From Eledone cirrhosa (lineage: Eukaryota): 64,000 bases of DNA. Shown in pieces: positions 12,725-26,637 of the stretch. Each line of letters opens with the position of its first letter. Positions within the stretch are counted from its first letter, which is position 1. Location of the stretch: positions 60,946,001 to 61,010,000 of the forward strand of contig OZ024741.1 of assembly GCA_964016885.1 (NCBI GenBank). Reading direction: 5' to 3'. Both the position numbers and the translations under genes were made by a program. The notes under the pieces were generated by a model. The model saw only the letters and a program-made list of their open reading frames with translations. It searched no databases and was not told the origin of the DNA.

Positions 12725-14662
12725 TTAGAATATAAATATTAATAAAATAGATGTTCTTTTGATCAATTACATTTTATTATACATATTTCGGATGTACAAC
12801 AGTACGTCCTCATCAGACAAAATATAATGATACATGACATACCCTGAGATGTTAAATGGTTAAGATTTAATCAAGGTAGTGATTAACCTAAGAGAAAATT
12901 TAACATTTATACCCTAATAATGAGAAAATGCGAAAACGTAATAAATTCAATAGAGAATGTGTGAGTAAGAAAAACGTTGCTTAATGTACCAGTTATCTAG
13001 ATTTTAATATGTATGATACTACAATTCATCTAGGAAAGCAATTCATGAATTATAACTGTCAGTGAGAGAGAGCCGGGGAAAGATGAGGGGGTAATGTATG
13101 CAGAAGGAGATTTTTTCCCGAAAGTTAAACGGTTAAGTTTGAAAATATTTAATTTATGTTATCTTAGGGTGAAGAATCAATATTTTAGGTTTCTTTTTTA
13201 AATTGGTGGTTATTTATATATTAGTTTTGTAAATTTTATAAGTGTGTTAACACTTCTAAGCTTCTGAATTGTTTTATGTTAAGATTTAAAGGATTTAGCT
13301 GGCCATTATTAAGGAAAGTTTACACTGTTGAATATTTTCCTAAATGTAATCTTTAATGAATTTAGTCATTGTCAACGTATTAGGTATGAAAGCTTTTGAA
13401 GTACATATTGTTAGAAAAATTTAAATAACAGTTATGCATATAGATATATATTAATTAATGAGCCAGTATATTTTAGGTAAATGATAATGAAAATAAAATA
13501 AAATAAAATAAAAATAAAAATAATAGATTGAGGCATGTTAAAATTAAATATATACCCATATATAACTGTGTGTAGATGTATTAATTATTCCTAGCTCAAA
13601 GTAAAAACAATCAAAAAATTTAGAAGTTAACTGAAAATTATGTATAGAAAGATACAGAGAGTTATATTGTATTAGATATTAGTGATACAGTATACTTTAG
13701 GTAAATGATAACGGTTATAATTTTATATAATAAAGTTCTACGTGTTAAAGTTAAATACATATATATATAAGAAAAACAATAATAAATACATAGTTCAAAA
13801 TAATGTTTATAATAATTTGTAATTTGGATATTTGCTCTATATTTGAATCATGGATATAATAATGCGGTAGGTATATTTAAAAACATAGAAAATATAATTA
13901 CATACATATTATAAATACGAGATCAGAAACGCATGAACAATTCACAGTTATAAATAAGTTCAGTAAAGATGTAAGGGTTGGATATAAAACTCAGATTTAA
14001 AACTTAAGTAGGAAGATAGGGATAGAGAAATAAAGAAATAATGGTATGGATCAAAATCGACACAATAATGTTATGTGTATCAATGTTCCAGCATGTTATT
14101 GAACAAGTGTCTTTCATTCGAGCGTTATTTCTTCGATAGATAGTTATAAGATAGTGCAATATTAAAGGCCACTAAAGTTTTTCCCTGTTGATTCTATACG
14201 TCTGACAACTAAGTTTTTAATGGTTTAATGTTTCTCTCTCTTTTTTCTCGTTTTGTGGGAGGCTAAGAATGTGGACGTAGCTTTATGGAGGCAACTAGAG
14301 AATAATTCACTTTGTTTGTTAATTAGGGTCTCGTAGTTATTAATAATCAACAGGGTCTCCATTGTACAAAGTGTACAGTTATTTGATATACTAGAGTTGT
14401 GGTAAACTCCACAGTTCCGAAGTTTTGTCCAAAGAATTGAGTATTTTAAATTCTTCTCTTTTAATGACCATATAAGCTGTGATAAAGACGTGGATGATTT
14501 CCTCTTTGAGTTCGAGAATGAGCATTTATGGTTCGCAAATTTGGCTTTAAAAGTGGACGAAGTCGCTCCTATGTAGTTGTATGTATTGTGATCAGTTTTT
14601 ACGGTGCATTTTTAAACCAAATTACTATCTAAACAATTATTTTGCAAAGGGCAATCAGTTTT
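12725..14662 (-). mobile_element. 5'-truncated Penelope-like element (Naiad-like): GIY-YIG end plus long 3' UTR plus HHR
   Basis: Minus strand of 14300-14660 encodes [14 protein letters not shown]...YIGATSSTFKAKFANHKCSF, homologous to 56480-56900; 3' end matches 58400-58655; (TA)n on both flanks. Confidence 0.85.
12766..12828 (-). ncRNA. Type I hammerhead ribozyme
   Basis: 12-bp stem I AUUAUAUUUUGU/AUAAAAUGUAAU; CUGAUGA; GGACGUAC-UGUU-GUACAUCC; GAAA; U-AUGU-A; AUA site. Confidence 0.9.
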
Positions 14663-14730
14663 ATATATATATATATATATATATATACAAATATTAACCA
14701 AATTTCGAACATTACTTATGGGATGACCTC

Positions 14731-14781
<51 letters not shown>

Positions 14782-14784
<3 letters not shown>

Positions 14785-14935
14785 GAGGTCATCCCATAAG
14801 TAATGTTCGAAATTTGGTTAAGAAAAACAAGTCATCAAATTTCACATTTAATTAAAATTTAGTCCTCTATATATTTCCGATCATTATCGATGACTTTCCT
14901 CCATCTACTCATCAGTGCTTTTAATTCCAATTTGA
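14782..14935 (-). mobile_element. Mariner transposon right end (TIR plus transposase C-terminus)
   Basis: TA-CGAGGTCATCCCATAAGTAATG TIR-like end; minus strand reads approximately GIKALMSRWRKVIDNDRKY, like mariner C-terminal GIxKLPxRWQKVIDNDGxY. Confidence 0.7.
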
Positions 14936-15156
14936 TTATTCATACATATATGTATATATATTTATATATATTTATATATGCATGTATATGTATATATGTA
15001 TGCATATATATGTATATATATGTATATATATGTATATATACTGTATATATGTATACATATATATGTATATATATATATATATGTACTGTATATATGTATA
15101 TATATATATATGCATATATATGTATATAGATGCATGTATATGTATATAGATGCATG

Positions 15157-15199
<43 letters not shown>

Positions 15200-18100
15200 C
15201 TTTGCATATACATTTATATAAGTATGCATATATATGTGTGTATGTATGCATATGCTGTGTGTGTATGATCACAAGTGTTTCTGCTGATATCTCTCGGCTT
15301 AATGGTTTCTTTGTACAAGCATTGTAATAATTTATAGTTGAAATACTTCAGCTATGATGGCAATATATTAATTAAAATTACGCACGAAGATAGAGTGAAT
15401 CTCATATCAGATGACATTAAAATCTAAACAGCATATTTAGTAATTCTATTAATTTGAATTTTGTTAATAAACACCACCTATATATTTGCTGACTGTTTGC
15501 TGACTGTTGAAATTTTCTTCCCAGCTTCATAATTATTTTACATTGTGTGCTACTAATGTTTGTGAATATGAATAGCAGCAACAGTATGTACGACAACACT
15601 CTCAGCAACAACAGTGACAAAACATCTGTAACAGCAACAGCAGAAACAACAACAAGAGTATTAACAATATCAACTATAACGGCATGAACTACAATAGAAA
15701 AGCCAAAAAAGAATATTATTTTATCACTTTGAAGTAAACCATTTCATATTTACTGTTTTATTTTATTTTATTTTATTTATAATTCATCTCCCTAATAGCA
15801 ATATATTTTATTAATAACACGAACGTAATTTGCATAAAATATCTCGGTTATTAAATGTTCCGAAGACACACACACACACACAAACACATACACACACACA
15901 CAGACGCAGACACACACACGCGCGCGCGCGTATACGCAGACGCAGACACACACACTCACATACACACAGACGCAGACACACACACACATATATATACATA
16001 TATATATATAGTAATAATAATAAATATATATATATAAATATATATATAGAGTGAGAGATAGATATTTATATAAAAATGTGTGTGTGTGGGGGGGGGGGTA
16101 TACATATATATATTTATTTATTTAACGCCGTCATCGTTGCCCAAATTTTATATATATAAAGAAAATTGTAGAAAATGATGCTTTACATGATAATTAAAAG
16201 TTTCAAGGAATATAGCACGTTTTAATGAACACCCATATTCTACTAACAAAAATAAAATAATATAACTCCTCAGAATTTATGTATTTTCTCCTCAAACATT
16301 GCTGATTCTAATTATATTGCTGGTTTGATGGTAGGCCTGAAATATCTGTAATACCAGTGTGAAATATACTTATCGGAGACAACAGTTCGACTTCTGTTAG
16401 AATTTATAGAGTCGGAGAAAGTTAGGTAGATACAGTGATAGTTGGATAGAGAGATCTTTTAAATAACATTCAGCTAGAGAATACACATAAACATAAATAT
16501 TTCGCGCCTAGCGCCTTTTTAAACAGAAACTTTTCAAGACATATTTTGAGAAAGATACATTCGTTTATAATGTCGTCTGAATATTTTTTTACTTTTATTA
16601 TTTCTTATTCAGCTTTCCTTCTCACTTTCCTTGTTTCTTTCATATTTTAATTTTTCCTGTGCTTTTTCCCCCTTTTGCTTTTACTTGAGTTTCGTCAGTT
16701 TTTTCCTTCAATTTTCTATTCTTCGTATTTCTCTTTCTTCTTTCATTCTTCTTCATTTCCTCATATTCTTGAACTTTATCATTTGAAAGTTGTTAAAAAC
16801 TGCTTTTATGAGGATAGCCTGCAGGTATTAGAGATCTGATCAGTGCCACCATTCACTAGATAGAAATATTTAGCCAGGGGCAAGCACTTAGATAGAAACA
16901 GTTATTTTCGTAAGTAACTTGCCTGCAGATCAGATATTCACTGATTCACACTCTCAACTACACATATTAAGACGCCTACATACCTATATACATGCGTATG
17001 CGCATATATGTAACTGTATCTTGATCTTTTTTCTCTCTGGTGTTTCTATGTCGGTTGTGTATAATGTGGTACGGAAGATTTTTGCAGTCTATGATTGTGG
17101 TTGTGTATAAATCATTGTGTGTGTAGAAATATAAAAAGCTGTAGAAAATGGAAGGAAGATATTATTGAACCTTTAGGCTATTATTTCAGTATTCTGTATT
17201 TTCAGTCAGTATTTTTACCATTTTAAGATATTAAATAGGAAAGAAGTTTAGATGCACACATTCTTCGGCTTGACCATCCGCCATTTTAAATGAACATATG
17301 TAAGTGAAAGTGATACGTATAATGTCATTTGGATCTAACAAATAAGGAAATTGGAGAACTGATAGGAATAGAGAGGTGAAGTGTGAGAGGCGAGAAGAGA
17401 GAGATACATATATAAAATAGGATTAAGATAGGAAAAACCTCATGATGTGCGGTCATGACATATGATGTGACTTGGGCATTTTAAAATAGCAGAGGTTTTT
17501 CTTCTCAAGTCCTGAGTACAGCCGATTTCTTCCAGGAGGGAAAGACAGTAAGCGAAAGTAATAAAGAGAAAGAGAGGGAGAATCGATCCCTGTAATGAAT
17601 TGGTAATTTATTGACCACAAAAGGATGAACGGCAGTTTAACCTCGGCGGGATATTAACTCAGAGCAGTGAGCCGGAAATATACCTAGGCATTTAATCCAA
17701 GACCTTTACAGCGAAGCGAGAAATTGAAACGAACGATAAGGACAGAGATTATTATTCATACCAATAATTGTGAGAGATCCGAGTATCAGAGGGTAGTACA
17801 TAGGGGTCAGAGAAACAATGAGCGTACCAGTTGTTGAGAAAAGTCAACACGGAACAACATGGAAGAAAATATAGTAAAATGATGTTATTAGTTTAATTCT
17901 TGAAATAGTAGGAAAAGAAGGTTAACGTTTCGGGTGTTAGTCCATCAACGGAAGATAGAATGCGATAGAGAAATCGATAGACGAATGTAAGAAAGAAAAT
18001 GAATGGGAAAGAGGTGTGGGGAAAATCACTGTCAGAATGGGATACATATATTTAAGGATTATAAGAAGGGAGATAAGCATCATATAGTTAGTTCTAGTGG

Positions 18101-18614
18101 TCGTGTGTGTGTTTAAATACAGACATCTATATATATATATAATTGAATTTCCGCTTGTAGTGTTTTGTTAATATTATGTTTCAAAATTCTGCTTTAATAT
18201 CACTCTTTGATCGTGTTAAAATGGTTTCATGAAATCGTGCTATCATCGCGTTTGATAGTATAATGTTAACTAACTTCTGCTTTGCTTCAAACGTAACACT
18301 CCAAACACTATCAAAACCACTCATACTCACATAAACACAGTTCTATCTATCTGTCCATCTATTTACCTGGCCACATTGATTACATATGACCTATTCATGA
18401 TATAATATTGTTCACGGGTATATGAGTCGTTAGGAACCAGCATAGTCTTTGTTAACATTATTCAGTGCCAGATTTGTTTTAGACAGGTCTGGCTTAGATA
18501 AAGAAGGATTGAAATTTAAATGCTTATCCCCAAGTTCTCCGTCAATTTTTTCCCATCATTGAGTAATGTTTTTACTGAATTGCGATACATTTGGAATGTA
18601 ATTTCTATCTATTA

Positions 18615-18810
18615 TTTCCACTTGTGCTCCCTCCTTTTCTAATCCATCTGCTTTCCTGTTTCCCCTAATATCTGTATAGCCTGGTATACAAATTATTATA
18701 TATCATTTTCTGGTAGATGTATTTATTTTTAGCAGAATACCCTCAATGCCTTTTGGTGAAAACAGTTCTAGGTTCTATAAATTATCAGTAAATAGAAACC
18801 CTTTTACCCA
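18615..18810 (-). pseudogene. Degraded retroelement RNase H fragment
   Basis: Minus strand FLFTDN...CIPGYTDIRGNRKADGLEKEGA resembles IFTDS...WIPGHxxIxGNExADxLAKEGA. Confidence 0.5.
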
Positions 18811-19243
18811 AGGCATTTTTTAAGCCGAGTTTATCAATATCATTCTCCACCACTCTGCATCTAATATTTTGAAATCTTTGTATAGTCTGAAGCCCGTGTT
18901 TATATTATTTTGAAAAGAGTAATATATAGATGCAGATATAGCTGAGTGGTTAAGAAATAGCTTCGTAATCTTGTATGTTCGTTTATTTGTTTATGACGAA
19001 AAGGGGAGATCGATAAAATAATTAGCAGGATTGAAAGAATAAGTACAGAGATCGATATGATCAAATTAATCCTTTTTAAAGTGGTGCCCAAGCATACCCA
19101 CAGACTCATAATTATAATCACTAAACGAATGAAAACATAGCTGTATTTCATAAATTAATTGCTGATATGTTCTCATATTTTTCAAGCTGTGAAGGTTAGG
19201 AATTAAATTTATGGCTATTTACGTTTATCAGTTCTTAAATAAT

Positions 19244-19428
19244 TGTTTCTACTTTAGGCACAAGGCCAGCAATTACCCAGTACATTACTGGTACTTTATT
19301 TTATCGACCCCGTAAGGATGAAAGGCAAAGTTAACCTCGGCGGGATTTGAAGTCAGACTGTAAAGGGACGTAACTATGCTAGAAAGCATGGCGTCCAACC
19401 CTCTACCAATACTGCCAATTCACCACCC
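19244..19428 (-). mobile_element. tRNA-headed SINE, full length with 18-bp TSD
   Basis: TSD tatcagttcttaaataat at 19226-19243 and 19429-19446; body gcctttcatccttacggggtcgataaaataaagtacc; other copies ~4640-4775, 10051-10143, 17590-17700, 23491-23597, 38300-38470. Confidence 0.85.
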
Positions 19429-19615
19429 TATCAGTTCTTAAATAATAATTGTATGTGATAAAAGCGCTTATCAAGACATGATTAAATTATTTTCTTCTCA
19501 ACATCTTAACACCAAATATTATCTGATATGTTTTACTTATTTCCCAACTATAATGTTAAACATACAAATACATTTGAATATTCGTTAATTACACACTGAC
19601 ACCACACACACACAC

Positions 19616-19706
<91 letters not shown>

Positions 19707-19726
19707 TATATATAATATATATATAT

Positions 19727-19812
<86 letters not shown>

Positions 19813-19816
<4 letters not shown>

Positions 19817-20143
19817 CAATATATTAACAAATGGAAACTATATTTATAAAACCATATTTATTTCATTATACATATTTCAAGGGCCACCAGAGCAAACTAT
19901 TGTGCGCTTTCATCAGATAAAATATAATATAGGTTAGTTTTATAAATAAATATTGACATACCCTTAAAAAATGCAACCATTCTGGTTGGAATCTCCTGGC
20001 GGCCGTTGAAATATGTATAATGAAATAAATATGGTTTTATAAATATAGTTTCCATTTGTTAATATATTGTATATTTATTCCAATAATTTGTTGAGTGCTT
20101 TATATCAGTTGTAAAAATATTTTGCTTGTTGTATATAACCTCT

Positions 20144-20145
<2 letters not shown>
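19813..20145. repeat. Palindromic PLE-end element, arms ~19813-19888 / 19999-20073, plus tail
   Basis: Reverse-complement arms; (TA)n flanks; shares GAAATATGTATA and gacataccct with the Naiad-like 3' ends. Confidence 0.8.
19859..19924 (-). ncRNA. Type I hammerhead ribozyme
   Basis: Stem I UAUUUUAU/AUGAAAUA; CUGAUGA; AAG...CUU stem II; GAAA-UAUGUA-UA. Confidence 0.8.
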
Positions 20146-20191
<46 letters not shown>

Positions 20192-20367
20192 CGGAACGAT
20201 CAACTTTCGTCAAATCGAACCGAGGAAACAGTGTTTCTATTGGTCTTTCCAATTGCTAATGCTATCTATCGGTCGCAACTCCAGGTAGAAGGAGAAACGT
20301 GAAATAAAATGTCTTCCTCAAGGACATAACGCATCGCCTGCTCAGGGAATCGAAATCACAACCTCAC

Positions 20368-20403
<36 letters not shown>

Positions 20404-21831
20404 GTGAGGTTGTGAGTTCGATTCACCGGGAATATATATATATCTGTGTGTGTGTGTGTGTCTGTTTACGTTTGTGTCTCTATCTGTGTCTCTATTCCGT
20501 GATATAGCGATCCGACAAAAAGCGATCGATCAGTACTACATTTATAAATATAGGTAGTAGGGTCAATGTGATAAATTAAATCATGAATGTGCTCCAGCAT
20601 GACCACAGTTTGATGACTGAAACCAGTAAAAAAAAAAATTATAGAATATAAAATACAATTTGTTCGGCTGTAAAAGCAAAATATAATATCCGATCATATC
20701 AAATGTAATAGAATATTCATTTATATTCATCTATAAATTATTTCTCGCCATAATAGTTCTCTTGTGTTTAGCGTTTAATTAAAATTGCTTCTCACTTGTC
20801 AAATTAAATATCCTTCTTAATTGCAAATCCGTTTTGACTGAAACCGGTAAAATGGTTTGCTTATTACAAACGCACGCACACGCACACACATATATACATA
20901 TATACATATACACACATACACACACACTTATTCTTATACTGGTTTCAGACAAACTGTGGCCATGCTGGACCTCAGCCTTCGAGGACTATAATCGTTCATA
21001 CGAACCCTAGTACTTAGTTTTCTTTTGTTTTTGATCTTGAAGCCTGATACTTATTTTATCGATATCTGTTTGTCGAACCGCTTGGCTACCGTTCATAAAC
21101 AAACCGTAGCTGACGTGGACAAACCAAATTCGGATTCAATATAAATGTAGAAATTTTTTATGGCATGGAATCTCGAGTCTCAAAAGCGAGATGATTTGGT
21201 TTTATTTCAATAATTAACAAGTAACAATGTTCTAACAACCCATCGTGTTTTAGTTATTTTAAAATATACTTATAGTCTCGTAATTCTATATGGGAGTTTC
21301 CTAGTTACGTGGTTGTGGTGTTGTTTCTTAGGATGCAAGGACGTGAATTCAGTTATTGAAATACGCATTTTGACTCATAGTTTACACCTGGGCAAGATGT
21401 TTTTATGGAAGACCTGCAGTAACCCATACATGCCAGTCTCAACTCTACGCCTCCAATGTTTTCCAGCGGAAACACATGGTGATACAGTTTGGGTGTAGTG
21501 TCGTTGCAACTCATGGACTGGAGCAACGTGAAATAGTATCTTTCTTAATAACACAACTCGTCATCCTGTCCTGTGAATCGAATTCACTGCCTGATAATTG
21601 CATTACCGATACCATTGCTAGCAGATACATGCAATGTAGGAGGGATTTAATTATCTTTTTACTAGATTGTTATAAGGTTGTGGTCATGCTGGGACACTTT
21701 TTTAAATTGTCGAACATATCGACTTTCGTATATATTTATTCAAGTCTGGTATCTATTTCATCGATCTTAGTTTTGTCGAAGCTCTGTTACAAGACATAAA
21801 CTCTGATACTAAAGTAATTATAGACATATCC

Positions 21832-21868
<37 letters not shown>

Positions 21869-23164
21869 GTGTGTGTATGTGTGTGTGTGTGTGTGCGTGC
21901 GTGTGTGTGTGCGTGTGTGTGTATGTGTGTGTGTGTGTGCGTGCATGTGTGTGTGTGCGTGCGTGCGCACTTCAGTAGTTTCCGTTTTGCAAGGCATTGG
22001 TCAATTCGAGTTTATAGTAGAAAACATTGCACAAAGTGCTTCCACGCATCTAGACTGATCCCAGAATCATGGACACTGAATATGTTAATGGTGTCAGAAA
22101 CTAAAATATCCAGTAGAAATACTGACGCTGGAATATAATTCACTAGGATTTTATGCTTAATTAGGAGATTGTTCTAACAGTGAAGTACAACGACCAAACG
22201 ACTCGACGAAATATTGGACGAAAACTCATACTGAGTGGAATCATCTACTTTCTTTTCCATAGCTTATTAAGAAGTCATTATTCTGTGAATGATTGGAATA
22301 TGTAATGCAATGCTGGAGTTACTCAACTGGACTTATATCAAATATAATTCACAATGAATGGCAGCGTATTAGTGAGATAGTTATATGTTAATACTAGTGC
22401 ACTAGTCAAAAGATAAGTGGAAGTATAGCTAATCGATAGAATGTAGGCGTTATTGAGGTAATAAATAAAATTTAGGAACGGAGAGATAGGTTAGGTTCAG
22501 AGAATGTATGGCAACATAGGATATCAAACAGGGAGAGAAAGAAGTAAAATACTTGTAGTGTGTGTGGGGCGTGTGTGTCTAAAAGTAGAAATAGTGATAG
22601 AGGGAAATAGAAAAAGGTATCACATGATATGGAGAAACAAAACGTGAGAAGGAATGAAAAATATAAAGTGAAGGAAGACAAATGTAAAAACAGTGACGAA
22701 ATGACAGTCAAAAGAAATAAGAGAATGAAAGGGAAAATAAACGAGACAAAAAGCATCCATTGTGTGAGAGAAAAGGGCGGGGGAGAACAACAGAGATAGA
22801 GAGTAGTGATAAGAGATGAATTGGAGAATCAGAGAGGTGAAAATATTGTCATATTGAAGCTGTCGAACACACACACACACACACAAATAGCGATACGGGG
22901 TGTTTTATGAACGTTGATGAATTTCAAGGAACTAGTAGTTTCATCGTCTGCGCGGACAAACAAAAACACCCTCTATGATGAGTAGGTACGTATACGCGGT
23001 GCAAAATCTATCAGCCATAAATGTTTACATAGCAAGCGCTCATTTGTCGTAATAGGAAAACACATTCAAGTAAGTATCTATCTACTTCTCTATTTCTCTA
23101 TCTTTTTCAACACTTGTGTCTCGACTCAAACTTAATTATGGACAGTTAATGTTTTATATTATTA

Positions 23165-23360
23165 GGGGGATTGGCAGTATCAGTAGAAGGTAGAACGCCA
23201 TGCTTTGCAGCATAGAGTTCTGCCCCTTTATGGTGTGAGTTCAAATCCCGCCGATGTTCACTTTGCCTTTCATCCTTACGAGGTCGATAAAATAAAGTAC
23301 CAGTAATCTACTGGGATAATTGCTGGCCTTGTGCCAATAGTAGAAACAATTATTAATTAT
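23165..23360 (+). mobile_element. tRNA-headed SINE, full length
   Basis: A box TGGCAGTATCAG, B box GAGTTCAAATCCC, conserved body, ATT-rich tail. Confidence 0.85.
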
Positions 23361-23790
23361 TAAGATTGCCTCACTAATGAAAGTTTGAATCTTGACATTA
23401 ATAATTATCCATTTTACTGTGGGGATTATTGTTTTATGGAATCGGAAACAGCGTTGTGTCAGCATTTCTTAGAACTATATGTTACTAATATAATTGTTTC
23501 TACTTTTGGCACAAGGCCAGCAATTACCCAGTACATTACTGGTACTTTATTTTATCGACCCCGTAAGGATGAAAGGCAAAGTTAACCTCGGCGGGATAAT
23601 GTAACATTTCATTGTTCCAATTGATTACCTGTTATATATGTGTTTGTTTTTCTTTTTCAGGATATTAAAATTGTTCTCCCTATAACAATATCTATGAGTT
23701 CCCTCTGCTCTTCGCATTTTAGAACCTTTTGCATCAAGGTTTTGTGGTCAACAAATCAATATTGTTTTATAAATCGATATATATATATAT

Positions 23791-23837
23791 ATTCCTGATG
23801 ATTTCCTTCGAATGAAACAGTTCTATTCCTGTAGAAT
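23791..23837 (+). ncRNA. Type I hammerhead ribozyme at the start of a ~125-bp microsatellite-flanked element (23791-23915)
   Basis: AUUC/GAAU stem I; CUGAUGA; U-UUC-CUUC-GAA-U; GAAA; stem III CAG/CUG; GUA site at 23831-23833; related palindrome at 45863-46053. Confidence 0.85.
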
Positions 23838-23933
23838 TCATTTCTATATTAAAAATGTATACTCTGCTATGTATTGAGTACCTTACTTAGTGTGCTTACC
23901 ACCGATTGGACTCGACACACACACATATATATA

Positions 23934-23983
<50 letters not shown>

Positions 23984-24102
23984 AAACTTCAGTACCAACA
24001 GTTTTGCAAGAGATGTCAACATGAATGGACCTGTTATTTTTATCTAAAGACATTTTTTCCAATTCTATCCCGTCCGTCCCCTCAATCTATTTTATTTCTC
24101 AT

Positions 24103-24144
24103 TCTTTCTGATGAAGTGAAGGACTAGCGTCCGAAACGTTAAGA
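24103..24144 (+). ncRNA. Hammerhead-like motif with a small duplication after the core; degenerate relative at 17919-17956 (minus)
   Basis: tcttt ctgatga agtgaa ggac tagc gtcc gaaa cg tt aaga. Confidence 0.55.
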
Positions 24145-24995
24145 CCCTCTTCCTGCTGTATCAAGCGTTAACCTAATATATACCTTCCATATACTGTACC
24201 GATTGTGTTGTTATTTCTGTTTACCTTTTACATACATATATATAGCCGTATTTCTGTTTTGGGAATTACCATCCCTTGACCTTTTTTTGTCATACATGGG
24301 TGACACAGACATGACCTTTAGCCCTTTCAAGGACTTAGATTACTTTCTGCATATGCTGCAAAGAAAGGGAAAAGGCCATGATCACGCAACACACGTGTAA
24401 GTCGTGTAGATCAAGTAATGTCTGTTTACAGTACTTTTTTAAATGAAGGAAGAACTTGCACTAGACCGATCCTACACTCTGAACAACGTTGGCATGCATC
24501 CAAAACGAAGAACAGGTCAACATCATTGGCTGACATCGAGTCACAGGTTTTACATTGGAGTTCTCCTTCTCCTAGAATGGTGCCCTAACAAGAATTTAGA
24601 CTCTGTCTTAAGCCAGAATGCTCATTTGCCCGGCTTTATAGTGTGCAGCGACTGAGAGTACAAGTATCCCCCCTGGACAGCACGCCAGTCCATCGCAGGA
24701 TTAAACCCTCATTTTCAGCTGAGTATACTGGAGCAAGGTGAAATGAAGTGTTTTACTCAAGAACACAACACACAACCCAGGAATTGAACCCATGACATTA
24801 TGATCGTAAGTCCAACACCCTTACCACTAGGCCACGTGCCTCCATATATATGTATATATGTGTGTGCGTGTGTGTATGTGTGTATTGTTATTATTATTAT
24901 TACTAAAATAAAGAAAGCATTATTATTATTACTATTATTATTGGCCTTGCGCCAAAAGTAGAAACAATTATTATATATACTGTATATATTATCAT

Positions 24996-25112
<117 letters not shown>

Positions 25113-25221
25113 AAATAACAGATTAAAGTTTAAGCAAAGAATCGCTGCTTTCACCCTTCGGATTTTAGTCTTCACATTTATTATTACTATATATATACAT
25201 ATATAAATGTATAAGTATATG

Positions 25222-25515
25222 TAATAACTAGAAATTGATTAACATATAAATAAACATATGAAACAATCATAGGGGATACTTTTTACAAGTGTGTAAGCAG
25301 ACATAGCTAGGTAGGTAACTAAATAAAGTTAACTAGAACTTCAAAAATAGATACCTTATAATATGATTAATCATATTATAAGGTATCTATTTTTGAAGTT
25401 CTAGTTAACTTTATTTAGTTACCTACCTAGCTATGTGTGCTTACACACTTGTAAAAAGTATCCCCTGTGATTGTTTCATATGTTTATTTATATGTTAATC
25501 AATTTCTAGTTATTA
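25222..25515. repeat. Spacer-less ~294-bp palindrome (family D) with tail to ~25640; relatives at 36615-37030 and 37643-37995
   Basis: Centre gatt|aatc at 25368/25369; arms near-perfect; tail is the reverse complement of 36910-37030. Confidence 0.9.
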
Positions 25516-25701
25516 TAAAATGCTCAGACCTATTCATTAGAATCTTGGAGCTTATTTTACGGGTGATATGACGCATGCCTTGTGGCATGACACCCATAAG
25601 TTTGATTTAGATTAAATTCATTTTGATTTATCTTAATTTTGGATATAGATATATAAGTATATGTATGTATGTCAACAAACATACATATATATATACATGC
25701 G

Positions 25702-26460
25702 TTCACTGGAGGGACCACATCAGTGATGTTGAGATTTTGGAAAGCTCTCTGTGTGACAGTATAGAAGCTCTTGTGCTTAAGCAACGACTCCGTTGGAGTG
25801 GTCACCTTGCCAGGATGAGGGATTCTAGAATACCAAAACAACTCTTTTATGGAGAGTTAGTTAAAGGAAAACGACCGCCACATAAACCAAAAAAGAGATA
25901 TAAGGATTCCTTGAAAGCCTCTTTGAAAGACGCTAACATCTCTGCTGATACATGGGAAAATATTGCTGCTGATCGTAATAAATGGAGAAAGACTGTATAT
26001 GAGGGTAAAGTTGCCTATGATGAATCTCGAATCGCACACGAGAAAGTAAAGCGGGATGTGAGGAAGGGCATTGCTGTTGCACTTCCAGACGGCGAGGGTC
26101 CTCCTATGGTGCTGACATGCAGCGTATGTGCGAGACACTGCCTAAGCAGAGCTGGACTCGAAAGTCATCTTCGCAGTCATAAAGTAAGACCAGTGGTTGC
26201 CTACCAGGCTGCTGTTGGAGATGCTACTCATCATGCTTGCGAAGCATGTTGTAGAGAATGTAAATCAGCAGGAGGGCTCAAACGACATGCAAAAGTACAT
26301 GAAATCCAACCACAGCCGGCTATTCCCAGTGAATGTTTTGGTTGCCGACTCTGTGCAAGACATTTTAGATCATTAGCTGGGCTAAAAAGCCACATTCGAT
26401 CGCAGCGCTGTTAATTGCTATCGTGTGTGTGTGTAGATATGTTTATGTGTGTGCGCGTGT

Positions 26461-26514
<54 letters not shown>

Positions 26515-26637
26515 ACATTATTATTGTTATTGTTGTTGTTGTCGTTATTATTATTGTTGTTATTATTATTATTGTTATTATTATGTTGTTTTTTTGTGCA
26601 ATGGCCATACTCGATAATGAGGGGCAGCCATCATCAT
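25702..26637 (+). mobile_element. 5'-truncated RTE (BovB-like) LINE; ORF end 25706-26414 with three C2H2-like fingers
   Basis: QRLRWSGHLARMRDSRIPKQLFYGEL...KRYKDSLKASLK; catcat tail; TSD 25671-25701 / 26638-26678. Confidence 0.9.

Noticed and set aside
25222-25515. Assembly fold-back artefact or MITE
   Set aside because: The arms differ at a few positions and the same family recurs at 37643-37995 with a different breakpoint; no fixed TIR/TSD. No HHR could be confidently folded in this family
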